Part shown: positions 29,080-38,779 of the stretch, in pieces
Numbering within the stretch: the first letter of the stretch is position 1
How the letters are laid out: every line of letters starts with the position of its first letter
Assembly: GCA_016699425.1 (NCBI GenBank)
Contig: CP064975.1
Location: 526,098 to 590,097, forward strand
DNA from: Candidatus Moraniibacteriota bacterium
GTDB lineage: Bacteria > Patescibacteriota > Minisyncoccia > Moranbacterales > UBA1568
DNA: 64,000 nt
Reading direction: 5' to 3'
Made by a program: the position numbers and the translations under genes
Notes under the pieces: model-generated
What the model was told of the DNA's origin: nothing
The model's input: only the letters and a program-made list of their open reading frames with translations
Database searches by the model: none

Positions 29080-29500
29080 AGGTTTGGTGTTATGGTTTAT
29101 GCTGCTCCGCTCGATCCCGGCCTCCGCTGCACATCGACCCATCCGCTGCTCCAGTACAGTACCGAAAGCCAGAGGATCCACGCAGTTCTCTCGCACAGCT
29201 TCCGGAGTAACCCGAAATCGGCTCGAGAGAATGAGGGAACGGAATTTGAGAGAAGCAGATTTCGCTATTTATGACTTCGACGACTCGCACTCGACCTGTG
29301 CTTTGATGTTGCAATTGATAAACGACAAGCGCCCTCCTCGCTCCTATCGTTGCTTTTTTATTTTTTTTCTTCTCCTCGAAAGTTTTGTCGAGTTGAGAAA
29401 TATGTTTGCCCTCCCACAAACACTCATTGTTTCAACAATAGAGCCGATTGAAAATAAGTCAAGCAAATAAAAAATTTTCAGAACCAAACAATGTGCGACA

Positions 29501-29545
29501 AACAAAAAATGCGGAGACGCCAGACGTACTAGCCTCTCCGCAAAA
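29501..29545 (-). terminator. Intrinsic terminator (minus strand) downstream of the AbiEii gene. It is the left copy of a ~90-bp diverged direct repeat.
   Basis: Minus strand: GCGGAGAGGCTAGTACGTCTGGCGTCTCCGC followed by ATTTTTTGTTT. Confidence 0.6.
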
Positions 29546-29847
29546 CGGCCTTGTGTCCTCAGGGAGGGAGGACGTGCACTCGGCCGAAGTCAGAAAGTTG
29601 AGAGTGAGGGCATCTAGGAGAGTGCTCATTCCAACACATCCCGACGGGACCGAGGTTTCGGTTCCCATTTTTCGGGATACTGGTCAAACGGTCGATACAC
29701 CGTGAACCTCACCGGTTCAGGTTCAGGCGTGGCCTCGCTCCAGAGAAATTCTGTACTCAGGTCCACCGGAAAACCACAACGTTACAATCACCACCGCTAT
29801 GGTAATCTCACACGCACGCTCTGCAATACGGGAAAATTTTCGGAATA

Positions 29848-30543
29848 TCATTTCTCACTCTCTCCCAGAGTTCTCAACAAGAATATTGTCTCGGTTCGTA
29901 ACTTTGCGCGTGCCCAATCTTTCTGTGATTCCGTCAGTAATTCCCCGAGTCCATCGAGAACATGCCGATCACTCATTTTCTCTAACTGTTCCACACACAG
30001 CGCCACAAGTCCTGCAAATGACATGCCCGAACGAGATTCAACAATCGCCTTATTAATCGGCCAATGATTTTTCGCAAAGAAATAGACATCAAATATATCT
30101 CGACTCGTTTTACCAACACGTTCATACATCGCCATCAATTTATGCGCAAACATATCTTCTTGTGCCATGACCAGCAGTGAGATACCCAGTATCGTTTTTA
30201 CCTCATACCGGGAACCGAAATTTCTGCGATTGACCTCAATCTTGATATGCTGAGACTGTTTGTTGTATGAAATCACGGAAATGAGATTGAAACGCTTGTT
30301 TCGAGAATCAATCATCACCCCATAATTTCTGGCAATAGTGTTTATTCCCTCGAACACTGACTGTTCTTTAGTTTCATCCAAAAGATCGAAGTCCAAATCG
30401 ACTGAATGACGATTCAATCCATAGAATAACAAAGCGGCTGTACCGCCCTTAAAGCCGAGGAATGGAGCCAGTGTTGTATCGGAGTAAATGTCTTTTAAAA
30501 TCTGTAACAATATACTCCTGTGCTTCGAATAGTCCAATGTCAT
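29848..30543 (-). CDS. AbiEii-type nucleotidyltransferase toxin (second, AT-richer copy)
   Basis: FLGFKGGTAALLFYGLNRHSVDLDFDL…DIFDVYFF. 4-nt ATGA overlap with the upstream AbiEi gene. Confidence 0.75.
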   Translation of the reverse strand: MTLDYSKHRSILLQILKDIYSDTTLAPFLGFKGGTAALLFYGLNRHSVDLDFDLLDETKEQSVFEGINTIARNYGVMIDSRNKRFNLISVISYNKQSQHIKIEVNRRNFGSRYEVKTILGISLLVMAQEDMFAHKLMAMYERVGKTSRDIFDVYFFAKNHWPINKAIVESRSGMSFAGLVALCVEQLEKMSDRHVLDGLGELLTESQKDWARAKLRTETIFLLRTLGESEK

Positions 30544-31166
30544 ACGTTTCCTCGATAATGCTCGAAATATTGTTGTACTTTTTTCTCCATTTGTTTGTTA
30601 TGATATATTGGCAAAATTTCAAATACTTTGTCCCAGTCCAATACGTCCAAATGATCGAAATGATAGTCTTTGCTCACACAAACTCGATCCAGAAAAGCGC
30701 GCTCTTTCGTCGCGACGGAGTACCCTTCCGAATGATTGATACCAGCTGGGTTGCTCAAAATATCTGTTTTCATCCGCACAAAAGAAATTTTTTGTCTATC
30801 GACGACCAGTTCTCTCGAGACATATGACGCGACAAAAATATTCCCATAATACTGAAAATTCACTCCAGTACGAGTCAATACGGTCTCGAAGCTGATGTAG
30901 GATGGGGTATATATCCGAGTCGCCAACTCAAAACGATTATACTCTCTGTCCTTCGCATAGACACCACGATGGATGCGGACCAACTTTCCCGCCTTCGCAT
31001 ATTTACTCAATCGAACACACAGTGCATTTTCTGCTGCTTCACCCCACAACAAAGCAATATCTCTCGTGGTAAAGACCGTTTTCGGAGAGCGAAGCAATGC
31101 TTCCAGGTATTCCCCTTTTTCTGGCTTTCTATTCATATATGCACTGTATATTACCTTAAAACTCAC
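30540..31166 (-). CDS. AbiEi-type antitoxin (second copy)
   Basis: TTRDIALLWGE…GKLVRIHRGVYA. Confidence 0.75.
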   Translation of the reverse strand: MSFKVIYSAYMNRKPEKGEYLEALLRSPKTVFTTRDIALLWGEAAENALCVRLSKYAKAGKLVRIHRGVYAKDREYNRFELATRIYTPSYISFETVLTRTGVNFQYYGNIFVASYVSRELVVDRQKISFVRMKTDILSNPAGINHSEGYSVATKERAFLDRVCVSKDYHFDHLDVLDWDKVFEILPIYHNKQMEKKVQQYFEHYRGNV

Positions 31167-31511
31167 TTGCAGTTCAATTATACACTAATATGGTAGTATT
31201 TGCAAGTGAAATAGTTCCTCGTTCACTATTGGTCTTTCATAAAGAAATCTTTTCCTTTTCTATCATGCAACGGAGGTAGTCTCCCGCACACGAGCGTGGA
31301 TATGGGAAAGTTTTCGGAAGTTTATAATAGGATCGTTTGCCATTGGTGACTTTTCTGCGATTGCGAGAGCTTCGCACCCCGCTATAGCCCAGATACCCGA
31401 GACACGATGCGAGCGTCAGTCCCGAAATAATGAGTCCGACAGAGAACCAGCGCTGTGGCGTGGACTCGATAGTCAATTTGATGTTGTATCAGCCATCGTC
31501 ATCTGTGGCTA

Positions 31512-31553
31512 GAAAAAAAGCGGAGACGCCAGGCGTACTGGCTTCTCCGCAAA
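31512..31553 (-). terminator. Intrinsic terminator (minus strand) after the Fic operon. It is the right copy of the diverged direct repeat.
   Basis: Minus strand: GCGGAGAAGCCAGTACGCCTGGCGTCTCCGC followed by TTTTTTT. ~90% identical to the 29501..29545 element. Confidence 0.6.
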
Positions 31554-31631
31554 ACGGACCAATAGTCCCAGGAGCAGGACGTGTTGGCCGAGGTCAGACT
31601 GTGGTGTCCAGCGGAAGGCGGCTCAGGTGAA

Positions 31632-32081
31632 CTACGCGAACAGGCTCAGCTGCCAACCACTGTAGTCAGTGTCGCCCTGTTGCCGCCAATTGTCAACCGC
31701 ATCATCTTGGCCCATCTGCGCTGACCACTGCAACGCCGCGTCTCCATGTTCGGAGACAGAGAACGGCGCCGAACCGTCGGTGAAAAGCAGTCCCTGGTGC
31801 AACGGAATCGCACTCGCCAGAGCGCACTCGGCCGAACAACAGTCGCCATTCATGTTGGCATCCCGCTCGGCCCGAGTCATCGAGAACCCGCAGACAGGAC
31901 ACGTCACGGTCGTGGGCAGATCATTCTCGACCGTATCCGTCGGGTCATCCAAATCAACTGGTTGAGTTTCTATCACAATTGCCTCCATTCGGTAAGGTAC
32001 AGGAGAAAACCAAAAACTACACCCCAGTTTACTCCACGGGGCCTCAGGCTGTCTACTGCCGGAGCAGACCCGTCCGCTCAT
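31632..32081 (-). CDS. Hypothetical Cys-rich (zinc-ribbon-like) protein, translationally coupled downstream of the Fic gene
   Basis: The start codon directly abuts the Fic stop (32082). CPVCGFS…CCSAEC motif. An alternative start is MEAIVIE at 31988. Confidence 0.45.
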   Translation of the reverse strand: MSGRVCSGSRQPEAPWSKLGCSFWFSPVPYRMEAIVIETQPVDLDDPTDTVENDLPTTVTCPVCGFSMTRAERDANMNGDCCSAECALASAIPLHQGLLFTDGSAPFSVSEHGDAALQWSAQMGQDDAVDNWRQQGDTDYSGWQLSLFA

Positions 32082-32957
32082 CTACTCACAACCGATCTTC
32101 CACACTCCCTTTTCGCGAAAAGCAGGGATATTTTGACGCCGTGCGGCATTCGATACCGCCGAAACCGATTTCCCCTGCTGCTTCGCATACACAGCGAGTG
32201 AGACGATCGGTTTCCCTTGCAAGTACGTGATCCGTTTATGAAGCGACTCTATCAACGCGAGCGAGAGCACCTTTTCCATCGTCTTCGTAATCTTTCGATC
32301 ACGGTAATCAGCGAACGCCTGATAATACATATCCTTTTCCTTGTCTCGAATGATAATAATCGGAAAGCCGAGACGCAGGAGCTGATAGGAGATGAGCACC
32401 CGACCGATCCGCCCGTTACCATCACAGAAAGGATGGATATTCTCGAAATCCAGATGGAAGCGAGCGATCTGGTCCAGAAAATAGGCACTCTGGTTGCTGC
32501 CCCGTTCTGTGATGAGCGACGCGACGAGCGACTGGACATGCTCGGGGGCTGGGGCGACATGTGTCCCCACACGGACATATTCCCCCCTCGTACGGAACCG
32601 GCCAGCGATGTCATCACGAATCCCGCCGATAAGCATCTGGTGCAAGAGGAGCATCAGGTCTTCATCCACTTCCTTCGCCTGCGATTTCTCACGGATGTAA
32701 TTGACAACCCGGGCCAAATTTTTTGCCTCAAATACTTCCCGGACCGAAACATCGCGCGAAACAGCAACATCGAGCAGGATTTTTTCGGTCTCCCGAAGAG
32801 TAAGCGTTGAATTCTCGATCGCATTCGAATTATAGACACTCTCTGGAATTTCCGCCTCATCCAATAAAATAAGGAGCGATTCCTTCCCCTTCTTGAGCGT
32901 ATCAAACTCTCGCTTGAGCGATTGGATGCGATCACGGATCGGCTTCGTTGTAGCCAT
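32082..32957 (-). CDS. Fic-family protein (AMPylase/Doc-like)
   Basis: Canonical Fic motif HPFCDGNGRIGR. Confidence 0.85.
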   Translation of the reverse strand: MATTKPIRDRIQSLKREFDTLKKGKESLLILLDEAEIPESVYNSNAIENSTLTLRETEKILLDVAVSRDVSVREVFEAKNLARVVNYIREKSQAKEVDEDLMLLLHQMLIGGIRDDIAGRFRTRGEYVRVGTHVAPAPEHVQSLVASLITERGSNQSAYFLDQIARFHLDFENIHPFCDGNGRIGRVLISYQLLRLGFPIIIIRDKEKDMYYQAFADYRDRKITKTMEKVLSLALIESLHKRITYLQGKPIVSLAVYAKQQGKSVSAVSNAARRQNIPAFREKGVWKIGCE

Positions 32958-33072
32958 AATTATTAGTGAATATTACTCAAATATGATAGCATATTCACGC
33001 TTTTTGGTCAATATTGCGTGAATTCGGCCAAGAAAATGACTTCGATTCACGCTTTTTTCGAGGTGGATCAAT

Positions 33073-34002
33073 TCAGAACCCAACGAGCTGGACTTCCTCG
33101 CGAAGCTGGATACCGAGCTGGTCGCGGACACGCTGCTTCACGACGGAAGCGAGCATGATGACGTCCTCGGCTGTGGCGGTACCGGTGTTCACGATATAGT
33201 TTGGGTGTTGGGGGCTGACCTGGGCGCCACCGATACGCTTGCCGCGGAGCCCTGCATGGTCGATGAGCCAACCGGCTGGCAGTTTGCCATCTTTGGGGAC
33301 CTTGGCCGTGTCGTGGGCGAATTCCTCGCGGAGTTGCTCATCCGAAACGAGTGGATTCATGAAAAACGATCCCGCACAACGCGCGCTTTGCGGATGCTTG
33401 GCTTCACGGACCGAAATTGTCTCCTCGGCGATCCGACCGAGTTCGGCGGCATTCCATTCCTCAAGCCGCAAGGTCGCCGAGAGGATGACGATCTCGGGAT
33501 GTGTTTTGAAATAGCTTTGCCGATACCCGAAGTCGCATTGCTTCATCGAAAATTCTCGGAGCATCTTGGCTTGACGGTCATACACTTTCACCGAGAGGAC
33601 ACTGTCCCGGATCTCGGCTCCGAACGCGCCCGCATTGCCGCGGATGGCCCCACCGAGTGAACCTGGGATACCCGCGAGCCGTTCCAATCCGGCAAGGCCA
33701 TGGCTGATCGCGAGCCGGACGATACTGAGGAGCGGTGCCCCCGCATCGGCGATGATGTCGTGACCACTGACCCGCGCCGAAGCATTGGCGACCCGGATGA
33801 CCAGCCCCCGGAAACCATGATCCGCGATGAGGAGATTGCTCCCACCAGAAAATACGAAGGTCTTCAGGGAATTGTCAGCAGCGTACTCGAGCGCTTCGAT
33901 GAGCTCCGCCACGGTCGTCACGGACGCGAAGAAATCGGCCGGTCCACCGATCCGAAAAGTCGAAAATGGGGCGAGAGGGACATCTCTCTCTACGGTGAGC
34001 AT
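33073..34002 (-). CDS. murB: UDP-N-acetylenolpyruvoylglucosamine reductase MurB
   Basis: FAD-binding domain with VFSGGSNLL, plus the C-terminal MurB domain. Confidence 0.9.
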   Translation of the reverse strand: MLTVERDVPLAPFSTFRIGGPADFFASVTTVAELIEALEYAADNSLKTFVFSGGSNLLIADHGFRGLVIRVANASARVSGHDIIADAGAPLLSIVRLAISHGLAGLERLAGIPGSLGGAIRGNAGAFGAEIRDSVLSVKVYDRQAKMLREFSMKQCDFGYRQSYFKTHPEIVILSATLRLEEWNAAELGRIAEETISVREAKHPQSARCAGSFFMNPLVSDEQLREEFAHDTAKVPKDGKLPAGWLIDHAGLRGKRIGGAQVSPQHPNYIVNTGTATAEDVIMLASVVKQRVRDQLGIQLREEVQLVGF

Positions 34003-34127
34003 AACAACGCAGCCCAGAACGGATTAGGAGAGCGGACCAGGCATCGGGATTGCCATCATGAGAAGAAAAGCACTACAACACAAAGCAGCAACGAAAACCC
34101 CGGCGATGAGCACGATGAGTTTTTTCT

Positions 34128-35555
34128 TCATAGCGTTTTGTTCTTGCGATTTGTCTTTGATGCCGCGAGGATGGTCTCGGCGACTTGCCAGACATCACCC
34201 GCACCCATGGTTATGATAACATCGTTCGGCTGCATATCGCGAGCAATTTCCGCCGCGAGGACCGCCCGATCGGGCGCATAGGCCGCCTTGTCCGGCGTGT
34301 AGTGATTGATCCGATCAACGAGCTCGCGAGCTGACACACCACCCTGAACTTCGCGCGCACTGCCATAGATGTCGAGGATGACGACACCATCGGCGAGTTC
34401 GAAACTCGTCGCGAATTCCTCGAGGAGTGCCTTGGTCCGACTGAAGGTATGCGGATGAAAGACGACAAAGAGTCGCCGAGTGGGATAGAGGTCACGGAAG
34501 GCCACGAGCGTCGCTTGAATTTCGGCCGGGTGATGCGCATAGTCGTCATAGACGAGGGCACCGCGCCGTTCACCGAGGTATTCGAACCGTCGCTTCGTCC
34601 CCGTGAAGGCCGCGATCCCCTGCTGAACCGCCAAACGATCGAGTTTCAGGTGGAGGGTCACCGCGATGACCGCGAGCGCATTTTCGACATTGTGCCGACC
34701 GGCGAGACGGAGTCGATACGGACCCAGACGCTCCCCGTGATACTCGACCGAGAATTCCTGGAGCACGCCATCCATCCGTTCTGCTTCGGGCACGACGCGG
34801 TACTCGACCGCGCGAACCATGTTCGTCGGGAGAAATCCATACGTGTAGCGGGTCGCGGCCACATCGCGCGAGAGGAATTCTGCCCGGGCCTGATCACCAG
34901 CGATGACCGCAAAGCCGTGACGTGGAATCCGAGCGAGAAAATCCGCGAACACGGCTTCATACGCTGCGACCGTCGGAAAGTAATCCGGATGATCCCAATC
35001 GACGCTCGTCAAGATAGCACCGAGCGGCTGGTAGAGGGCGAGCTTGTTCTGGTACTCATCCGCCTCGATGACAAAGTAGGGGCCCTGGCCCACGAGCGCG
35101 CTGCCGCCCCAGCTACGGATTTCACTCCCGATGACCGCTGACGGATCGACACCTGCGGCGCGAAGTACATCCGCGAGGAGCGCCGAAGTTGTCGTCTTGC
35201 CGTGGGTACCGCAGACCGCGATGGTCATCTTCTCCTGAGTCAGCGCACCGATCGCTTCGGGATAGGTCAGGACTGGCCGACCAGACTCCAGTGCAGCTTT
35301 CAGTTCCGGGTTGGTCTCCGGCGTATACGCAGTCGAATAGACAAACACTTCGGCAGTCGTTGGGAGATTGGCCGGGGCAAATGGCGTCATGACCGTCACC
35401 TGCAACCGCTTCAAAATAGCGTCGGTGTAAAAGACTTCAGCCGTGTCGGAGCCCGTCACTCGAGCGCCTCGACCGATGAGGAGTTCGGCGAGTGCCGTCA
35501 TCCCCGCGCCCTTGATGCCGATCAGGTGCCAGCGTTTGAAATCCGAAAACACCAT
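34128..35555 (-). CDS. murC: UDP-N-acetylmuramate--L-alanine ligase MurC
   Basis: IGIKGAGMTALAELL and VCGTHGKTTT motifs. Confidence 0.9.
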   Translation of the reverse strand: MVFSDFKRWHLIGIKGAGMTALAELLIGRGARVTGSDTAEVFYTDAILKRLQVTVMTPFAPANLPTTAEVFVYSTAYTPETNPELKAALESGRPVLTYPEAIGALTQEKMTIAVCGTHGKTTTSALLADVLRAAGVDPSAVIGSEIRSWGGSALVGQGPYFVIEADEYQNKLALYQPLGAILTSVDWDHPDYFPTVAAYEAVFADFLARIPRHGFAVIAGDQARAEFLSRDVAATRYTYGFLPTNMVRAVEYRVVPEAERMDGVLQEFSVEYHGERLGPYRLRLAGRHNVENALAVIAVTLHLKLDRLAVQQGIAAFTGTKRRFEYLGERRGALVYDDYAHHPAEIQATLVAFRDLYPTRRLFVVFHPHTFSRTKALLEEFATSFELADGVVILDIYGSAREVQGGVSARELVDRINHYTPDKAAYAPDRAVLAAEIARDMQPNDVIITMGAGDVWQVAETILAASKTNRKNKTL

Positions 35556-35572
35556 ACAGGGAAAACTATTGG

Positions 35573-36685
35573 CTAGTAGAGCGTCATGAGTCCACGGGCG
35601 ATTGCCTGGGCTGCATTGGGGTGATAGTAATACTTCTGGAGCGCTTCACCCATCGCGTGTGCCCGATCCGGGTGATTCACGACGTCCGCGATCACTTCCA
35701 TCAGGATATGACTGCCGAGATTGGCTTCCTCGATGACGACCGCGCCGCCGCGCCGAGCGATCTCATAGGCGTTCTCTCGCTGCTCATTGTTCGCCGCGGT
35801 CGACAAGGGCACGAGGATAGCAGGCTTGGCCAAGGCGGCGAGCTCGGCGATGGTCGAGGCACCGGCGCGCGAAATGACGACCGTCGCGAGGGCATAAACA
35901 TCGGCCAGTTCCGCTGCTGGAAGAAACGGCAGCGCGATATAGCCCTGTCCGGCTTCGAGCCCGAGCACTTGAGCATCGGCCTGCACTTTCATAAGATTGC
36001 GCCGCCCGGTGAGATGCATCACCTGATAGCCCGCCGCGAGGAGATCCGGCAGAATACGAACGACGCTCTTGTTCAAGACCTCGGCACCGAGACTGCCACC
36101 GATGACGGCGATGATCGGTCGCTCGACGGTGAAGCCGAGATTGGTCCTGCCGCGTTCGGCATCACCAGCGAGGATTTCTTCACGGATCGGATTGCCAGTC
36201 AGGGCGATCTTGTTGGCGGGGAAGAAACGCCGGGCCCGCTCATAGGCGATCGCGATACGTGACGCATAACGCGCGACCGTCCGATTGGCCCGACCAGCGA
36301 CTGCGTCCGAATCATGGATGAGGATCGGGATACGGTACAGCCAAGCCGCAAACGCGATGGGTACGGACGCAGCGCCCCCCTTGGAAAAGACAACATCCGG
36401 CATGAACCAGAGCAAATGCCAGAGTGCCTGCCCGAAAGCCGCCGGGAGCTTGAACAGATCGACGAAATTTTGCAGCGAAAAATAACGCCGCCACTTGGCC
36501 GTCGGAATAAACTTGCAAGGTATCCCGGCTTCCTCCATCGCGGTCGCTTCGAACTCGCCGCGCGAACCAATGAAGAGGAACTCGACATCGCCCTTGGTCT
36601 CTTTCACCAAAGCGCGCGCCACCGCAATCAGCGGAAACGTATGACCGCCGGATAGTCCGCCCGTGAGTACGACTCGTTTCGCCAT
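35573..36685 (-). CDS. murG: Undecaprenyl-PP-MurNAc-pentapeptide-UDP-GlcNAc GlcNAc transferase MurG
   Basis: GGLSGGHTFP and GGSLGAEVLN motifs. Confidence 0.9.
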   Translation of the reverse strand: MAKRVVLTGGLSGGHTFPLIAVARALVKETKGDVEFLFIGSRGEFEATAMEEAGIPCKFIPTAKWRRYFSLQNFVDLFKLPAAFGQALWHLLWFMPDVVFSKGGAASVPIAFAAWLYRIPILIHDSDAVAGRANRTVARYASRIAIAYERARRFFPANKIALTGNPIREEILAGDAERGRTNLGFTVERPIIAVIGGSLGAEVLNKSVVRILPDLLAAGYQVMHLTGRRNLMKVQADAQVLGLEAGQGYIALPFLPAAELADVYALATVVISRAGASTIAELAALAKPAILVPLSTAANNEQRENAYEIARRGGAVVIEEANLGSHILMEVIADVVNHPDRAHAMGEALQKYYYHPNAAQAIARGLMTLY

Positions 36686-36854
36686 ATGTATTGGTGCCTA
36701 TCTTAATCTCCGTATCGGCTACAAAACCGTTCCTTGAGCTGCAAAAATCCTGAGTCTCGTCATGTTACCTCGATTTGGTAGCCTTCCTCGCCTCATGCTT
36801 TTTTCGCACGCAAGGAACTGTTTTTCGCGGCGAAAGAGAGAATAAGGTAGGCAC

Positions 36855-37991
36855 CTATGCTTTCAGTGTAGAGTGCCGGGATATATTCAGCAAGACACCG
36901 ACCGCACCCATGAGGACCGCGAGCGAAGTCCCGCCGAAACTGATAAATGGCAGCGGGATGCCGGTCAGTGGGATGAGACCCGTGATAGCCGCGATATTGA
37001 TGAAGGCCTGGCACGTGACCCAGGCCGTGATACCGACCGCGAGCAGCTGTCCGAACATGTCTGGCGCCCGTACCGCGATGCGGATCCCACGCCAGAGGAA
37101 GAAGAGGAAGAGCGCCACGACTACCGCTCCACCGAGGAGGCCCGTCTCTTCCGCCAAGACAGCGTAGATCGAGTCCGTCACCGGCTCGGGCAGGTAGTTG
37201 AACTTCTGCCGGCTGTGACCCAAGCCCACGCCGAACCAGCCCCCGGTTCCAATCGCGAGAAACGCCTGTGTCATCTGATAGCCCGCCCCGAGCGGATCAT
37301 GTTCGGGATTGAGGAAGACGAGGAAGCGTTCCATCCGGTACGGCGCGATCTTGATGAGGACAAAAAGCGAGGCGAAGGCCAAACCGATGAGACCCACGAT
37401 ATGCCGCAAACTCGCCCCTGAAGCAAAAAAGATCGAAAGCGCAATACAGAATATGAGACCAAGCGTCCCGGTGTCCGGCTGCTTGATGATGAGAAAGCCG
37501 ACGAGCGACAAGACGACGAGGAATGGGACGAATCCCTCGTAAAAGTCCTCGGCGGTCCGAGCGCCACGCCGCGACAGCCACGCCGCGAGGTAAAAGATGA
37601 TCGCGATCTTCATGATTTCGGACGGCTGAAAGGAGAATGGTCCGAGATCGACCCAGCGGGCAGCTCCATAGACCGAGGTCCCAAAGCCCGGAATGAACAC
37701 GAGGATGAGCAAGATGAGTGCGAGGATGAACAGTGGGACGACGAATCGGCGCCAGACCGCGTACGGGATGCGTTCGGCGATGAGAAGGAGGACGGTCCCG
37801 ACACCCAGACCGAGGAGCTGCTCCTTGAAGAAATAGTACGGGTCACCGAAACGGATATTGCCGTACGAGACACCCGCGGAGGCGATCGTAAGGAGGCCGA
37901 GGCCGATGAGCGTGAAGACTGAGAGCTTCAGCCAGCGATCGCTCGGTCCGGCGTTATTCCGGAAGAGGGACCACCGGGATGGCTGTTTCAT
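36855..37991 (-). CDS. ftsW: SEDS-family peptidoglycan polymerase FtsW/RodA
   Basis: 10-TM SEDS protein. Start set at MKQPSRW. The tracked ORF extends to 38204 with a non-protein-like leader that overlaps trmD. Confidence 0.85.
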   Translation of the reverse strand: MKQPSRWSLFRNNAGPSDRWLKLSVFTLIGLGLLTIASAGVSYGNIRFGDPYYFFKEQLLGLGVGTVLLLIAERIPYAVWRRFVVPLFILALILLILVFIPGFGTSVYGAARWVDLGPFSFQPSEIMKIAIIFYLAAWLSRRGARTAEDFYEGFVPFLVVLSLVGFLIIKQPDTGTLGLIFCIALSIFFASGASLRHIVGLIGLAFASLFVLIKIAPYRMERFLVFLNPEHDPLGAGYQMTQAFLAIGTGGWFGVGLGHSRQKFNYLPEPVTDSIYAVLAEETGLLGGAVVVALFLFFLWRGIRIAVRAPDMFGQLLAVGITAWVTCQAFINIAAITGLIPLTGIPLPFISFGGTSLAVLMGAVGVLLNISRHSTLKA

Positions 37992-38655
37992 AACGTTGTT
38001 TGGTTTGGTATTGGGATTGTGCTTGGCGCCACGCGGCGATCTCGGCATGATGACCAGACAAGAGCACAGATGGGACCGCCCAACCGCGATAGGTTTCTGG
38101 TTTGGTGTATTGCGGGAACTCCACGTTTTCTCCATCAGCAAACGACTCGCCCCGAGCACTCTCTTCATTTCCGAGGACACCCGGGAGGAGCCGCGCGACG
38201 GCATCGACGACGATCATCGCCGCTAGCTCTCCGCCGGTCAAGACGAAAGACCCGAGAGACAGCTCTTCATCGACGAGATGCTCCGCGACGCGTTCATCGA
38301 CACCTTCGTACCGGCCGCATAAGAGGACGAGCCGCTCACATCCGGCGAGCTCGCGCGCTTTCGCCTGATCAAACGGCCGACCCTTGGCCGAGAGGAGGAT
38401 GATGCGCGTGCCAACCGTCTTGGGCACTGCCTGAATCGACTGGAGCGCCCGATCAAACGGCTCCACCGCCATCACCATCCCTGCTCCACCGCCATACGGC
38501 GTATCATCGACTTTGCCATGCTTGTCGGTCGTGAAGACGCGGACATCGTGCGTCCGGATCGAAATGTGTCCAGCGTCCTGAGCGCGCTTCAAAATTGAGG
38601 CCTGAAAATAGCTCTCGAACGCTTCAGGAAAAATAGAGAGAATATCGAATTGCAT
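37954..38655 (-). CDS. trmD: tRNA (guanine37-N1)-methyltransferase TrmD
   Basis: MQFDILSIFPEAFESYF…. SPOUT-fold TrmD signature. Confidence 0.9.
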   Translation of the reverse strand: MQFDILSIFPEAFESYFQASILKRAQDAGHISIRTHDVRVFTTDKHGKVDDTPYGGGAGMVMAVEPFDRALQSIQAVPKTVGTRIILLSAKGRPFDQAKARELAGCERLVLLCGRYEGVDERVAEHLVDEELSLGSFVLTGGELAAMIVVDAVARLLPGVLGNEESARGESFADGENVEFPQYTKPETYRGWAVPSVLLSGHHAEIAAWRQAQSQYQTKQRYETAIPVVPLPE

Positions 38656-38779
38656 AGCAAAAAATACTAAGTACCCCTCATACTATCATGGTCGCCCTCA
38701 GACAAAAAGAACGCCGGAAATCCAAGATTCTGGACTCCGGCGAACTGCAATAAGGCTGAGGGGCGGGGTGAGTCGACGA

